In this document: piece by piece, positions 1 to 8,887 of the stretch
Numbering within the stretch: the stretch's first letter is position 1
Layout: the number at the start of each line of letters is the position of its first letter
Assembly (NCBI GenBank): GCA_963720545.1
Contig: OY970399.1
Location: forward strand, 576,001-640,000
Reading direction: 5' to 3'
DNA: 64,000 bases
DNA from: an uncultured Acidobacteriota bacterium
GTDB lineage: Bacteria; Acidobacteriota; Vicinamibacteria; Fen-336
Made by a program: the position numbers and the translations under genes
The notes under the pieces: generated by a model
Told to the model about the DNA's origin: nothing
Seen by the model: the letters and a program-made list of their open reading frames with translations, nothing else
Database searches by the model: none

Positions 1-792
1 GGCTCGATCATCGGCAACATCCTCATGGTGCTCGGCTTGTCGATGTTGGTCGGCGGCTGGCGGCGCAAGGAGCTGCGCTTCAACCGGCTGTCGGCCGAGA
101 GCGGCAGCAGCATGATGGTGCTGGCGGTGGTCGGCCTGGTGATCCCCGCGATCTACGCGACCGTCACCCACCACGTCTCCCCCGGCCACATCGAGTCGCT
201 GAGCCTCGACATTTCGTGGATCCTGCTCGCGACCTATGGCGCCAGCCTGCTGTTCACACTGCGCACCCACAGCGAGCAGCTCGAGCCGGAGGACAACGCC
301 GACGTCGCCGTCGAGCTGGCCGGCCACGGCTCGGTGTGGTCGGTGCGCAACAGCCTGCTGGTGCTGTTCGCGGCGGCCGTGGTCATCGGCGTGGTGAGCG
401 AATACCTGGTGGAGGCGGTCGACGCCGCCGGCCAGGCGCTCGGCCTGCGCAAGGTCTTCATGGGCGTCATCGTGGTGGCGCTCGTCGGCAACGCCGCCGA
501 GCACTCGACCGCCGTGCTGGTCGCTGCCAAGGGCAAGATGGATCTGGCCCTCGGCATTGCGCTCGGCTCGTCGATGCAGATAGCACTGTTCGTGGCGCCG
601 GTGCTGGTGATCGCCGGGCACTTCATGGGCACGCCCATGGGTCTCGAATTCACCATCCTGGAGGTGGTGGCGGTGTTCCTGTCGGTCGGCGCCGCCACCT
701 TGCTGGTGCTCGACGGCAAGACCAACTGGCTGGAGGGCTTCCAGCTGCTCGCCATCTACGCGATCCTGGCCTTCGCCTTCTATTTCGTGTGA
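1..792 (+). CDS. cax: Ca2+/H+ antiporter (CAX/ChaA family), 5' truncated by the window edge
   Basis: Frame is open from base 1. Alpha-repeat motifs GSIIGN and GNAAEH, about 8 hydrophobic helices, and the C-terminal DGKTNWLEG motif typical of CAX. Confidence 0.92.
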   Translation, partial: GSIIGNILMVLGLSMLVGGWRRKELRFNRLSAESGSSMMVLAVVGLVIPAIYATVTHHVSPGHIESLSLDISWILLATYGASLLFTLRTHSEQLEPEDNADVAVELAGHGSVWSVRNSLLVLFAAAVVIGVVSEYLVEAVDAAGQALGLRKVFMGVIVVALVGNAAEHSTAVLVAAKGKMDLALGIALGSSMQIALFVAPVLVIAGHFMGTPMGLEFTILEVVAVFLSVGAATLLVLDGKTNWLEGFQLLAIYAILAFAFYFV

Positions 793-807
793 TTCCCGGT
801 CGACCGT

Positions 808-1302
808 TCAGCGCAGGGTGAGGAGAAGCTCGTCCAGTTGCGCGAACGTCTCGACCATCGCATCCGCCGCCCCGGTGCCGGCGGCGTCGAGAGCTTCCTT
901 CGAGGAATAGAGCTCGTGCATGACCAGCAGCGTCTTGTCACGCTTCTCCTCGAACGTCACCGTGGTGACAGGCCCACCCTCACCACCTTCCTCGTTGGTC
1001 CACACGAGGCGCGAGTGCGGTGTCACTTCGAGGTAGGTGCCGAAGAACGCCATGGCATCGGATTCGAACTCGAGACGGTACTTGCCCCCGACCCGAACGT
1101 CCATCTCACAGGAACGCAGGGACATGCCCATCGACTTCGGCGCCCACCACCGCGTGAACAGCTCGGGCTTGGTCCACGCCTCGAACACGATGCGCGCCGG
1201 CCCGTTGAAGGTTCGTGTGACGACCATCTCACGTTCGGACTTCCGTTCCACCGTCGTGGGGTTATTCATGGCGACAGGCTCACTTTCTGTTCTTGCGTTC
1301 AT
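808..1302 (-). CDS. SRPBCC/AHSA1 (START-like) domain protein
   Basis: TRTFNGPARIVFEAWTKPELFTRWW and EMDVRVGGKYR match the AHSA1 pattern; it lies directly downstream of an ArsR gene, a common pairing. Confidence 0.9.
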   Translation of the reverse strand: MNARTESEPVAMNNPTTVERKSEREMVVTRTFNGPARIVFEAWTKPELFTRWWAPKSMGMSLRSCEMDVRVGGKYRLEFESDAMAFFGTYLEVTPHSRLVWTNEEGGEGGPVTTVTFEEKRDKTLLVMHELYSSKEALDAAGTGAADAMVETFAQLDELLLTLR

Positions 1303-1657
1303 TGACCTTCTCCTTCCGTTTCAGTCCCTCAACAACCCTGTCCAGCTCGTCGAAGCGTGCGTCCCAGAACTGGCGATACCTCTCGATCCATGCCGCTTCT
1401 TCCTCCAGCCGGCGCACGCCGAGCCTGCAGGTCCGCACGCGCCCGACTTTCCTGGTAGTGACGAGCCCCGCCCGCTCCAGGACCAGGACGTGCTTCTTCA
1501 TGCCGGTCAGGGTCATGCGGAACTTCGCGGCAAGCCCCGTGATCGAAGCATCCGCGCGCCCGAGCTGCTCCAGGACGCCGCGCCTCGTGGCGTCCGAGAG
1601 CGCGGCGAACGAGGCATCGAAGCCGGTCCGGATATACTGAACCATATGGTTCAGCAT
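1280..1657 (-). CDS. ArsR/SmtB family transcriptional regulator (start could be 1645)
   Basis: FAALSDATRRGVL...MKKHVLVLERAGLVTTRKVGRVR winged HTH; C-terminal WDARFDELD typical of ArsR proteins paired with SRPBCC genes. Confidence 0.92.
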   Translation of the reverse strand: MLNHMVQYIRTGFDASFAALSDATRRGVLEQLGRADASITGLAAKFRMTLTGMKKHVLVLERAGLVTTRKVGRVRTCRLGVRRLEEEAAWIERYRQFWDARFDELDRVVEGLKRKEKVNERKNRK

Positions 1658-1660
1658 ATC
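1631..1660. promoter_or_regulatory. Palindromic operator, probable ArsR autoregulatory site
   Basis: Perfect 18-bp palindrome CTGAACCATATGGTTCAG (1637-1654), extendable to 30 bp with one mismatched pair; it overlaps the ArsR start. Confidence 0.75.
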
Positions 1661-1746
1661 ACGCACGGGCTGGCGGCATGCAACGGGAGACCGAGGGTGC
1701 GCTGCGAGGTGGCACGACCCTGTGAACGGGCCTACACTGTCTGCAG

Positions 1747-2472
1747 ATGAAACGCGCCGCTGCCGCTGCCGCCGTGCTGCTCCTGAGCGCCCCGCCGCAG
1801 GCGCCGGGCGAGGTCAACGTCAAGACCACCGGCGACCTGGTCAGCGTCAGCGCGCGCAAGGCCTCGATCACCGAAGTGCTGCAGAGCCTCGCGCACAGCA
1901 CCGGCATGACGGTGGAGTTCGAGGGCCAGACGCCGCGCACGCCGGTAGACATCACGGTGGTGGATGAGCCGCTCGTGACCGCCGTCGACCGCGTGCTCGA
2001 GGGCTCGGGCATCGACTATGCGTTCACCATGGACCAGACAGAGCGCAAGGTTGTGAAGCTGCTGCTGCTGAGCCGCTCGCAGCCGGCAGCCGGCGGGACG
2101 CGCCCGCCGGGCTCGCGTCCGCCCGTGATCCACCAGCTCAACAACAACCCGGACGACGAGGAAGAGCAGGACCTGGGCGACGCCGACGACAACATGCCGA
2201 TGGACCAGTTCCAGGAACAGCAGATGATGGAGCAGCAGCAACAGGAAGCACCGGCGCCGCCGGTGCCGACGCTGCCCGGAGCGCAGGCTGGGGTTCCCAA
2301 CCCCGGGCTTCCGCCCGCCCCCGCGACCGGGCCAACGCCGCTGCCGCAGGAAACGCCCCGGCTCCCCACTTACCAGCCGTTCGCCACGCCGGCGCCCGCG
2401 GTACCGGCCGCACCACCGGCGCCCACGCCGGCTCCGGCGCCAACCCCAACGCCGAGCAACCAGCACAACTGA
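1747..2472 (+). CDS. Exported protein with a secretin-N0/STN-like domain and an acidic, Pro/Gln-rich tail
   Basis: Signal peptide MKRAAAAAAVLLLSA; VSVSARKASITEVLQSLAHSTG...VDEPLVTAVDRVL resembles N0/STN folds; low-complexity C-terminus. Confidence 0.6.
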   Translation: MKRAAAAAAVLLLSAPPQAPGEVNVKTTGDLVSVSARKASITEVLQSLAHSTGMTVEFEGQTPRTPVDITVVDEPLVTAVDRVLEGSGIDYAFTMDQTERKVVKLLLLSRSQPAAGGTRPPGSRPPVIHQLNNNPDDEEEQDLGDADDNMPMDQFQEQQMMEQQQQEAPAPPVPTLPGAQAGVPNPGLPPAPATGPTPLPQETPRLPTYQPFATPAPAVPAAPPAPTPAPAPTPTPSNQHN

Positions 2473-2487
2473 CGACCGGCGGTCCGG

Positions 2488-3138
2488 CTAGTTGTTGGGC
2501 GGGTCCGGCGAACTCGAGTTGTTCGGCTGATTGGGTGTGGTCGGGTTGTTGGGCGAATTGGGTGAGTTGGGGGAGTTGACTCCGGGCGCGTTGGGGATGC
2601 CCGTTCCCCGGCCGACGACACGCGGCTGGCCGGCCACGAACGTCCACTCCTCGTAGCGGCTGCGGCCGTTGAAGATGCGCAGGCTCTCGCCCTTCTTGGT
2701 AGTCGCGACGCCGGCAATGGCGCCGAATTCGCCGCTGCCCGCGCCGACGCCCGTGGGCGGCTGCGGCGCGCCCTGCGAGAGCACGCTGCGGCCAAGGCCC
2801 TCGCGGCCGGCGTCGCCGCCGCCCGGCGGAGCAAGCATCTGGCCGGGCGCGATGCGCTTCCAGTTGCCGTCCTTGGCGAACGGATCCTTGTAGGCGCGGC
2901 GCAGGAACTTGCCCTTCACCAGCACCTCGAGTGTGGTGGGCACCGCACCGTTGTTCTTCGCCTGGTAGCGCTCGATCGCGCGCGCGATCTCGTTGCCGCG
3001 GAACAGCAGTTCCTGCTCGCGATCGTCCTGGATCACGTACTTCCAGCCCGGCAGCGCCGCCATCAACGCCACCGACATGATCGCAACCGCGACCATCAGC
3101 GCGAGCAGCGAGACGCCGCGCTCGGCGGTGCGCGTCAC
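2488..3138 (-). CDS. Pilin-like (pseudopilin) protein
   Basis: GTG start overlaps the upstream TGA. Class III-like signal ERG|VSLLALMVAVAIM, then QDDREQELLFRG..IARAIERY and FLRRAYKDP. Confidence 0.8.
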   Translation of the reverse strand: MTRTAERGVSLLALMVAVAIMSVALMAALPGWKYVIQDDREQELLFRGNEIARAIERYQAKNNGAVPTTLEVLVKGKFLRRAYKDPFAKDGNWKRIAPGQMLAPPGGGDAGREGLGRSVLSQGAPQPPTGVGAGSGEFGAIAGVATTKKGESLRIFNGRSRYEEWTFVAGQPRVVGRGTGIPNAPGVNSPNSPNSPNNPTTPNQPNNSSSPDPPNN

Positions 3139-3803
3139 GGCTCGTTGGCCGATGCGGCCTGACTCTGGCCTTGGACTGTCTTCTTCTCGGCGCCGGCGCG
3201 CTTGATGACTCTGGTGACGTAGGCGCGGGTTTCCTTGTAGGGCGGCACGCCGCCGTGGCGCTGCACCGCGCCCGGGCCGGCGTTGTAGGCGGCGAGCGCC
3301 TTCGTCATGTCGCCCTGGTAGAGGTCGAGCAGCTGCCGCAGGTAGCGCGAGCCGCCGTCGATGTTCTGCGCGGCGTCCAACGAGTTCGCGACGCCGAGCG
3401 AAGCCGCGGTACGCGGCATCAGCTGCATCAGCCCCTGCGCGCCCTTGCTCGAAACTGCGGCGGGCTGGTAGTTCGACTCGACGGCGATCACGGCGAGCAC
3501 CAGGCTCGGGTCGAGGCCGTGGCGCTTCGCCGCCTTGCGCGCGAGCGCGCGGATCGCTTCGGGGCCGCTGCCCGCCGGAGCATCGCGCAGGATCTCCTCG
3601 TAGACTTCGTCCGGCAGGAAGCCCTCGAATTCGCCGAGCGCCATTTCCATCTCGCCGCCGCCGGCCAGCGACAGCAGCGCCTGCCCGGACACGACCCGAT
3701 GCGCGTCGATCTTCAGTGTCGAGCCGTTGCGGAAGACAGCGATCTCCGCGCGCGCCGGAAGCGCGGCCGCGAGGCACGCCGCGAGGAACAGAAGGCGCTT
3801 CAT
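3135..3803 (-). CDS. Lytic transglycosylase (SLT domain), exported
   Basis: VIAVESNY (catalytic Glu), GAQGLMQLMP and ALAAYNAGPG motifs; signal peptide. Confidence 0.95.
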   Translation of the reverse strand: MKRLLFLAACLAAALPARAEIAVFRNGSTLKIDAHRVVSGQALLSLAGGGEMEMALGEFEGFLPDEVYEEILRDAPAGSGPEAIRALARKAAKRHGLDPSLVLAVIAVESNYQPAAVSSKGAQGLMQLMPRTAASLGVANSLDAAQNIDGGSRYLRQLLDLYQGDMTKALAAYNAGPGAVQRHGGVPPYKETRAYVTRVIKRAGAEKKTVQGQSQAASANEP

Positions 3804-3810
3804 TCGGCCG

Positions 3811-4569
3811 CTAGTTGATGAACAGGTCGGTCGTGCCGGTGACGCCGTTCGCCGTGGTGGCGTGGATGATCACGGTCTTCTGCGGCTCCTCGCGCGCGTA
3901 GCGGGTGCGCAGCGTGACGGACGCCTGGCCGTTGCTGTCGGTGAAGATGAAGCCGCCCGGGATCTCCTCGGTGCCGCTGCCTTCGGCACTGAAAGTGACA
4001 GGAACGCCCGCGAGGAAGTTGCCCGCAGCGTCGGTGACCGTGGCGGTGATGGTCGAGACGCGGGCGTCGGTGGGACGGATGCGGAGCGGGTCGACGCTGA
4101 CGCTCACCCGCGTGGCGCTGGTGTTGCCGATGAGTACACCGTTGCCGCCGCTGCTGCCGCCAGTGCCAGGGGAGGCCGACGGATCGGGGTTGGGCACGTT
4201 GCCGCCCCCGCCCAGGTTGGCCGTGGCCGAGCCGGAAAACGCGGTGATCCCGGCCGTGCCGGAGCGGCCGTCGGACGTCAGGTTGACGCGCGCGACGCCG
4301 TCGTTGGTCTTGCCCTGCTCATCGATCCGGCCGAGGGTAGTGAAGAACTGCACAACCGTGCCGTCGGCCACCGGCGTGTTGGTGTTGGCCTCGATCACGA
4401 TGGCCGAGATCGTCGAGGTGCACCCGTTCGAACAGATGAAAGTGGGGTTCGCAAACAGCGACATCGCCGAACCCGCGGGTGCCGTGAGGATCGCCTGGTG
4501 GCAGGCCCAGGCCGAGACGGCCAGCACGGCTGCCGCCAGTAGGTTCTTTCCCAGAGTCATTCGCTTCAA
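3811..4569 (-). CDS. Lipoprotein with tandem bacterial Ig-like (Big_1/invasin-type) domains
   Basis: Lipobox-like SAWA|C; repeats such as TITATVTDAAGNFLAGVPVTF and TDSNGQASVTL; TTGA overlap with the secretin stop. Confidence 0.8.
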   Translation of the reverse strand: MKRMTLGKNLLAAAVLAVSAWACHQAILTAPAGSAMSLFANPTFICSNGCTSTISAIVIEANTNTPVADGTVVQFFTTLGRIDEQGKTNDGVARVNLTSDGRSGTAGITAFSGSATANLGGGGNVPNPDPSASPGTGGSSGGNGVLIGNTSATRVSVSVDPLRIRPTDARVSTITATVTDAAGNFLAGVPVTFSAEGSGTEEIPGGFIFTDSNGQASVTLRTRYAREEPQKTVIIHATTANGVTGTTDLFIN

Positions 4570-6908
4570 TGCTGCACCTCGAGCCGGGCCGAGATCGGCA
4601 TGACCGGCTGTTTCGGTCCGGTGCCTGTCTCGAGAGTCAGGCCCTGGACGACAACTTCCACATTACCCGGTTGCAGGCCCTGCACGCGCAGGGTTGCGAT
4701 CGACCCCGAACCGGAGGTTCCGGACGCACGCGTGAACTTCACCGTGGCGGTGCCGTTGCCGATCACCTTCTGGACGCCCACCGACTGGCCGTCGAGTGTG
4801 AGGAGCGAGCCGGCGGCGACGTCGGTGAGGCTGACCTTGTCGGGATCGAAGCGCAGGGTGAGGTTGACGACGCGCACGTCCTGCGCGGACATCACCACGA
4901 CGTCGAGGTTCGCCACCTCGCCCACCGGCAACACGCGCTCCGACGGGCTGATACTCGCCGCGATCTCACTGCCGGCCGGTACCGGCGGCGCCTGCGGCTC
5001 GGCATCGGCCGGTTCGATCACCTGCTGGCCTTCCGCCGGCGCTGGCTCCGTGCCGAACAGCGGCTGGGCCGGTGCCGCCGCCTGCGGCGGCGCAGGCTCG
5101 AGCGGTGGCGGCACCGAATCGGGCGTGGCAGGCGCTCCGGGCGGGGTCTCGAGCGCCTTGTCCGATTCCTCGCCGCCGAAGCGGTTGGGATGGACCGAAC
5201 GCATGCGCACCACTTCTTCCGTGCCGGTCGAGAGCGCGACCAGGTCGTCCTCAGTAACCTTGGGGGCGCGCACCAGGTGCGGCGTGAGCGAAATGATGAC
5301 TTCGCGCGTGGTCTTCTTCTTTTCGGTCGGGCTCAGCAGCTTGCTGAGCAGGGGCACGCCCGCAAAGCCGCGGAAGCCCTCGGATTCCTGGGTTTGCAGC
5401 AGGCCGCCGATGTAGGTCGTCTCCCCGTCGCGGAGGCGCAGGACGCCGCTCACCTGCCGGGTGAGAAAGGACGGGATGAGCGTGCCGTTGCCCACGTCCT
5501 GCTTGGTGCCGAGCAGCGAGAACTCGGCGTTCATCTCGAGGGCGATCTCGCTGTTGGCGCTGATCTTCGGCGTCAGGTCCATGGTGATGCCGACGTTCCT
5601 GAACTGGAACGAAGTGGTCGGCTGGAAGCTGGCGCCGCCCGCGGGCGTGCCCACCGGCTGCGAATAGAAGGTCGTGACCGGGATCGGGATCTCTTCACCG
5701 ATCTTGAGCGTCGTCTTCTTGCCTTCTGCCGCGCGCAGGCGCGGCGCGGCGAGGATCCTGGTCGTGGAGTCGGTCTGCAGGAACTTGGCCGTGAGGGTGG
5801 ACGGGATCTTGAGGATGAAGTCGGCGAGGTTCAGTGACGAGAGCAAATGGGCGCGTACGTTGGTGAAGCCGGAGGCGTCCACTTCGCCGGTGGCGCCGGT
5901 CGGCGAGAGCGTCGACGACGCCTCGTAGTTCGAGAGGCGCAGGCCGTAGTCGCGCAGCTTGTCGCGGTTGATCTCGATGATCTCGACTTCCACCAGCACC
6001 TCGCCCTTGGCCTTGTCGTTGGCGTTGATAATGCGCTCCGCCATCGCGATCTTGTCGGGCGTCGCCACCACCGTGATCGCGCCGGTCGCCGGGTTGGCGG
6101 TCGCCTTGGTGATGCCGGTGAGCGACTTCACCTGCTGCAGCACCTCCGCGGCTTCGGCGTTGTCGAGGTAGAAGGTCTGGATCACCAGGTCGTCGTAGAC
6201 GCGGCGCTTGGCCGGTGACTCGGTGGCGACGATGATGGTGTTGGCGTCGATGACCTTGTAGAAGAGCCTGTTGGTGAAGGTGACGCGGTCCATGGCTTCG
6301 ACGAAGGTGAGGCCGCGCAAGTCGATCGTGACCCGCTTGTCGGCGCGGTAGTCGGGGTCGATGAGGATGTTGACGCCCGACAGCTTCGAGAGCGTCTCGA
6401 ACACCTTGTTGATCGGCGTGTCGGTGATCTTGAACGAGATCGGCACGTTGCTGCGCGGCGAGAGGAACGGCTGGCTGGCCGGCGCGACTTTGCTCTTCAT
6501 CTCGTGGTAGTTGGCGCGGCGGTCCAGCTCGGCCTGGCGGCGCGCGAGCCGCTGCTTGGCGATGATGAGGTCGTCCGATGCCGACTTGTTGGCGGGGTCG
6601 TACTTGGAGGCGATCTCGAGTTCGTCGATCGCCTTCTCGAGCTCGTCGGCCGCCATACGCTTCTTCGCTTCGGCGAGGTGGAAGCGGCTCGCCTGGATGC
6701 GGGCGTTCTCGAGCGCGAGCTTGTAACCGATGTTGTCGGGGTCCTCGTCGAGCGCGCGCTGGTAGCGCGCCACCGCGAGGTCCCAGTCGGCCTTCTTTGA
6801 CGCGCTCTGGCCCTGACGGTAGGACCTGGACGCCGCGCAGGCACCGAGCGACACGGCCAGCAGGACCAGGGCGACGGCTCGCGCGGCGCGTCTCATGTCT
6901 AGTCTCAT
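4566..6908 (-). CDS. gspD: Secretin (GspD/PilQ family) with N-terminal TPR and C-terminal cohesin-like domain
   Basis: Lipobox LGA|C, TPR-like helices, N-domains, secretin core (VLVEVEIIEI, ILAAPRLRAAEGK..LKIGEEIPI, LRDGETTYIGGL), Pro-rich linker, and LTLRFDPDKVSLTDV cohesin-like beta domain. Confidence 0.9.
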   Translation of the reverse strand: MRLDMRRAARAVALVLLAVSLGACAASRSYRQGQSASKKADWDLAVARYQRALDEDPDNIGYKLALENARIQASRFHLAEAKKRMAADELEKAIDELEIASKYDPANKSASDDLIIAKQRLARRQAELDRRANYHEMKSKVAPASQPFLSPRSNVPISFKITDTPINKVFETLSKLSGVNILIDPDYRADKRVTIDLRGLTFVEAMDRVTFTNRLFYKVIDANTIIVATESPAKRRVYDDLVIQTFYLDNAEAAEVLQQVKSLTGITKATANPATGAITVVATPDKIAMAERIINANDKAKGEVLVEVEIIEINRDKLRDYGLRLSNYEASSTLSPTGATGEVDASGFTNVRAHLLSSLNLADFILKIPSTLTAKFLQTDSTTRILAAPRLRAAEGKKTTLKIGEEIPIPVTTFYSQPVGTPAGGASFQPTTSFQFRNVGITMDLTPKISANSEIALEMNAEFSLLGTKQDVGNGTLIPSFLTRQVSGVLRLRDGETTYIGGLLQTQESEGFRGFAGVPLLSKLLSPTEKKKTTREVIISLTPHLVRAPKVTEDDLVALSTGTEEVVRMRSVHPNRFGGEESDKALETPPGAPATPDSVPPPLEPAPPQAAAPAQPLFGTEPAPAEGQQVIEPADAEPQAPPVPAGSEIAASISPSERVLPVGEVANLDVVVMSAQDVRVVNLTLRFDPDKVSLTDVAAGSLLTLDGQSVGVQKVIGNGTATVKFTRASGTSGSGSIATLRVQGLQPGNVEVVVQGLTLETGTGPKQPVMPISARLEVQH

Positions 6909-7432
6909 CAGTTACCCTTCAACGGAATTCGACGCGGCAGCCCGGAGAGCAGGTCCTGGACATCGATGGATTCTAGGTTGATACGGACGACCTTCACCCG
7001 GTTCGCCACGGTTTCGCCCACTCCCCCGGTGAGTACCTCGTTGTGGTCGGTCATGAATATGGCCTTGCGCACCCCGGAGCGCTCCGCCGACCCCACGTAC
7101 TTGAGGTTCAGGGGCGGGAGGGGGGTGGGCGTCGGCACGGCCGGGGTGAGGGATTGGGCGTCCGGCAGCTGCGCGACCACCGGCGCAGGCGGCTGATAGT
7201 ACTCGAAGACGTTGCGCTTGCCCGCGCCGGCGGGGTCGCGCAGCGCCTTGGCCCGGTCGAGGCCGATCGCGGGAACCCCGGCGGGACGGACGGCCGCGGC
7301 GCGGCGGGTGGTGGCGGGCGTTACCGACGCCGCGGTGCGCGGCGCCGGGGCGCTGCCCGGTCCGAACCAGACCCAGAGGGCCACGAGCACCAGCAGTATG
7401 GCGATCGCCGGCAGGCCCCAGCGCTTCACCAT
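6908..7432 (-). CDS. Single-TM accessory protein (PilP/GspC-like position)
   Basis: N-terminal TM, Pro/Ala linker, RNVFEY and [23 protein letters not shown] beta domain; translationally coupled to both neighbours. Confidence 0.6.
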   Translation of the reverse strand: MVKRWGLPAIAILLVLVALWVWFGPGSAPAPRTAASVTPATTRRAAAVRPAGVPAIGLDRAKALRDPAGAGKRNVFEYYQPPAPVVAQLPDAQSLTPAVPTPTPLPPLNLKYVGSAERSGVRKAIFMTDHNEVLTGGVGETVANRVKVVRINLESIDVQDLLSGLPRRIPLKGN

Positions 7433-7842
7433 TCGTTGTACGGCTTGCCGTTCAGGCCAACCGCCTCCGAGGTGCTCTTGATGTCGTAGATGCCGACCTG
7501 CGTCGACAGCGGATCGTCGGCTTCTGCCTCGGCGGGCACCTGCGTCCACTCGGTCGAGGTGGTGATGGGGTCGCGCGGCAGCTCGCGCAGGTAGCCGGCG
7601 TCGACCAGCGCCTGCAGCGACTCGGGATACTTGCCCTTGTCGGCGTGATAGTGGTCGATCGTGTCGCGCAGGCGGTAGAGGTTCTCACGCAGCACCGCTT
7701 CCTTCGCCTGGATCACGGAGTTGCGGTAGTTGGGCAGCGCGATGCCCCACAGGATGCCCATGATCGCGATCACTACGATCAGCTCGAGGAGCGTGAAGCC
7801 CGCCTCGCGGCCTGACTTCGCCATGGCCATCGGCATCGGCAT
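7426..7842 (-). CDS. Pseudopilin (GspG-like)
   Basis: [19 protein letters not shown]-methyl-Phe motif; [30 protein letters not shown]. Confidence 0.92.
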   Translation of the reverse strand: MPMPMAMAKSGREAGFTLLELIVVIAIMGILWGIALPNYRNSVIQAKEAVLRENLYRLRDTIDHYHADKGKYPESLQALVDAGYLRELPRDPITTSTEWTQVPAEAEADDPLSTQVGIYDIKSTSEAVGLNGKPYNEW

Positions 7843-8324
7843 CACCACTGGTCGTATCTCGAGCCGTCGAGCGCCTTGGCGTGGCTCTTCGAGCGCACGT
7901 CCCAGACGTTCTGGCCGCACCAGGACGTGGCATCAGAGTCGTCCTGGTAGCAGCGCATGTCCCACTCGTTGCTGCGGGTGACCGGGTCTTCCGGGATGCG
8001 GCGCAGGTACTTGAGCTTCTTGTCCACGGCGCCGACGCGATCGACGCCGTTCACCAGGATGTCGAGCGTCGGCGGGTAGCCCTCGCTGCCGAGCTTCACG
8101 TCGGTGCCGCCGATGAGGCCGCGGTCCACGTCGTCCTTGTAGCGGTCGATGGCGGTGCGCAGCTCGCGCAGCGTGCGGCGTAGCTCGATCTCACGCTCGC
8201 GCTTCGCGGCCACCCCGGCCATGGGCAGGATCGCGGAGGCGAGGATCGCGAGCACCGCTGCGGTCGCGATCAGCTCGACGAACGTCAAGCCACGCTCCCC
8301 GCTACGCTGCCGCGGGCGCATCAC
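7842..8324 (-). CDS. Pseudopilin (GspG-like)
   Basis: [18 protein letters not shown] prepilin motif; [22 protein letters not shown] and YLRRIPEDP. Confidence 0.9.
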   Translation of the reverse strand: MMRPRQRSGERGLTFVELIATAAVLAILASAILPMAGVAAKREREIELRRTLRELRTAIDRYKDDVDRGLIGGTDVKLGSEGYPPTLDILVNGVDRVGAVDKKLKYLRRIPEDPVTRSNEWDMRCYQDDSDATSWCGQNVWDVRSKSHAKALDGSRYDQW

Positions 8325-8887
8325 GAAACCACCGGCGCACGGAAGAAGGCGCTCACCTTCATCTCGAGCTTCGCGGGCGCGCCGTCGCCACCGGCGAGCC
8401 GCAGCTCGTCCACCGACACGAAGTGCTCGGAGCGGCGCAGCGCCTCGAGGAATGCGACCAGCGAGGTGTAGTCCCCCTCCACCGGCATCGTGATCTCGAA
8501 GGCGTCGATGGGCGCCGCCTCCACCGGTTTCTCGTCGAACTTCCAGGTGGGCACGGTGACACCGCTCTGCTGGGCGATGCGGCGGATCTCGTTGATGGTC
8601 GCGAGCATCTCGGGGTCGCGCGCCGCGGCCACTTCGCCGAGAAAGCGCGCCTCGTCACGGATGTTGGCGGCGCGTGTCTGAACCACGGAGCGGCGCGCCT
8701 GCTGCTGGTCGCGCAGCGACTGCACTTCCTGGCGCAGCGCGGCCAGCCGCACGCTGCGGCTGCGGCTCTCGAGCGAGCGCGGCAGCGTGTAGAAGAAGAA
8801 CCCGATGCCGTTCAGCACCAGCAACGCGAGGCACAGGAACAGGGCCAGCTTTGCCTGGGTCGAGAGTCCGAGGCGCGAGGTGGTCAT
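8321..8887 (-). CDS. pilO: PilO/GspM-like inner-membrane platform protein
   Basis: ATG 8887 overlaps the upstream stop; one TM, coiled coil, and ITMPVEGDYTSLVAFLEAL ferredoxin-like motif. Confidence 0.8.
   Translation of the reverse strand: MTTSRLGLSTQAKLALFLCLALLVLNGIGFFFYTLPRSLESRSRSVRLAALRQEVQSLRDQQQARRSVVQTRAANIRDEARFLGEVAAARDPEMLATINEIRRIAQQSGVTVPTWKFDEKPVEAAPIDAFEITMPVEGDYTSLVAFLEALRRSEHFVSVDELRLAGGDGAPAKLEMKVSAFFRAPVVS

Noticed and set aside
1710..1725. TGGCACG possible sigma54 promoter before the 1747 gene
   Set aside because: The -12 position reads TG rather than GC at the required spacing.
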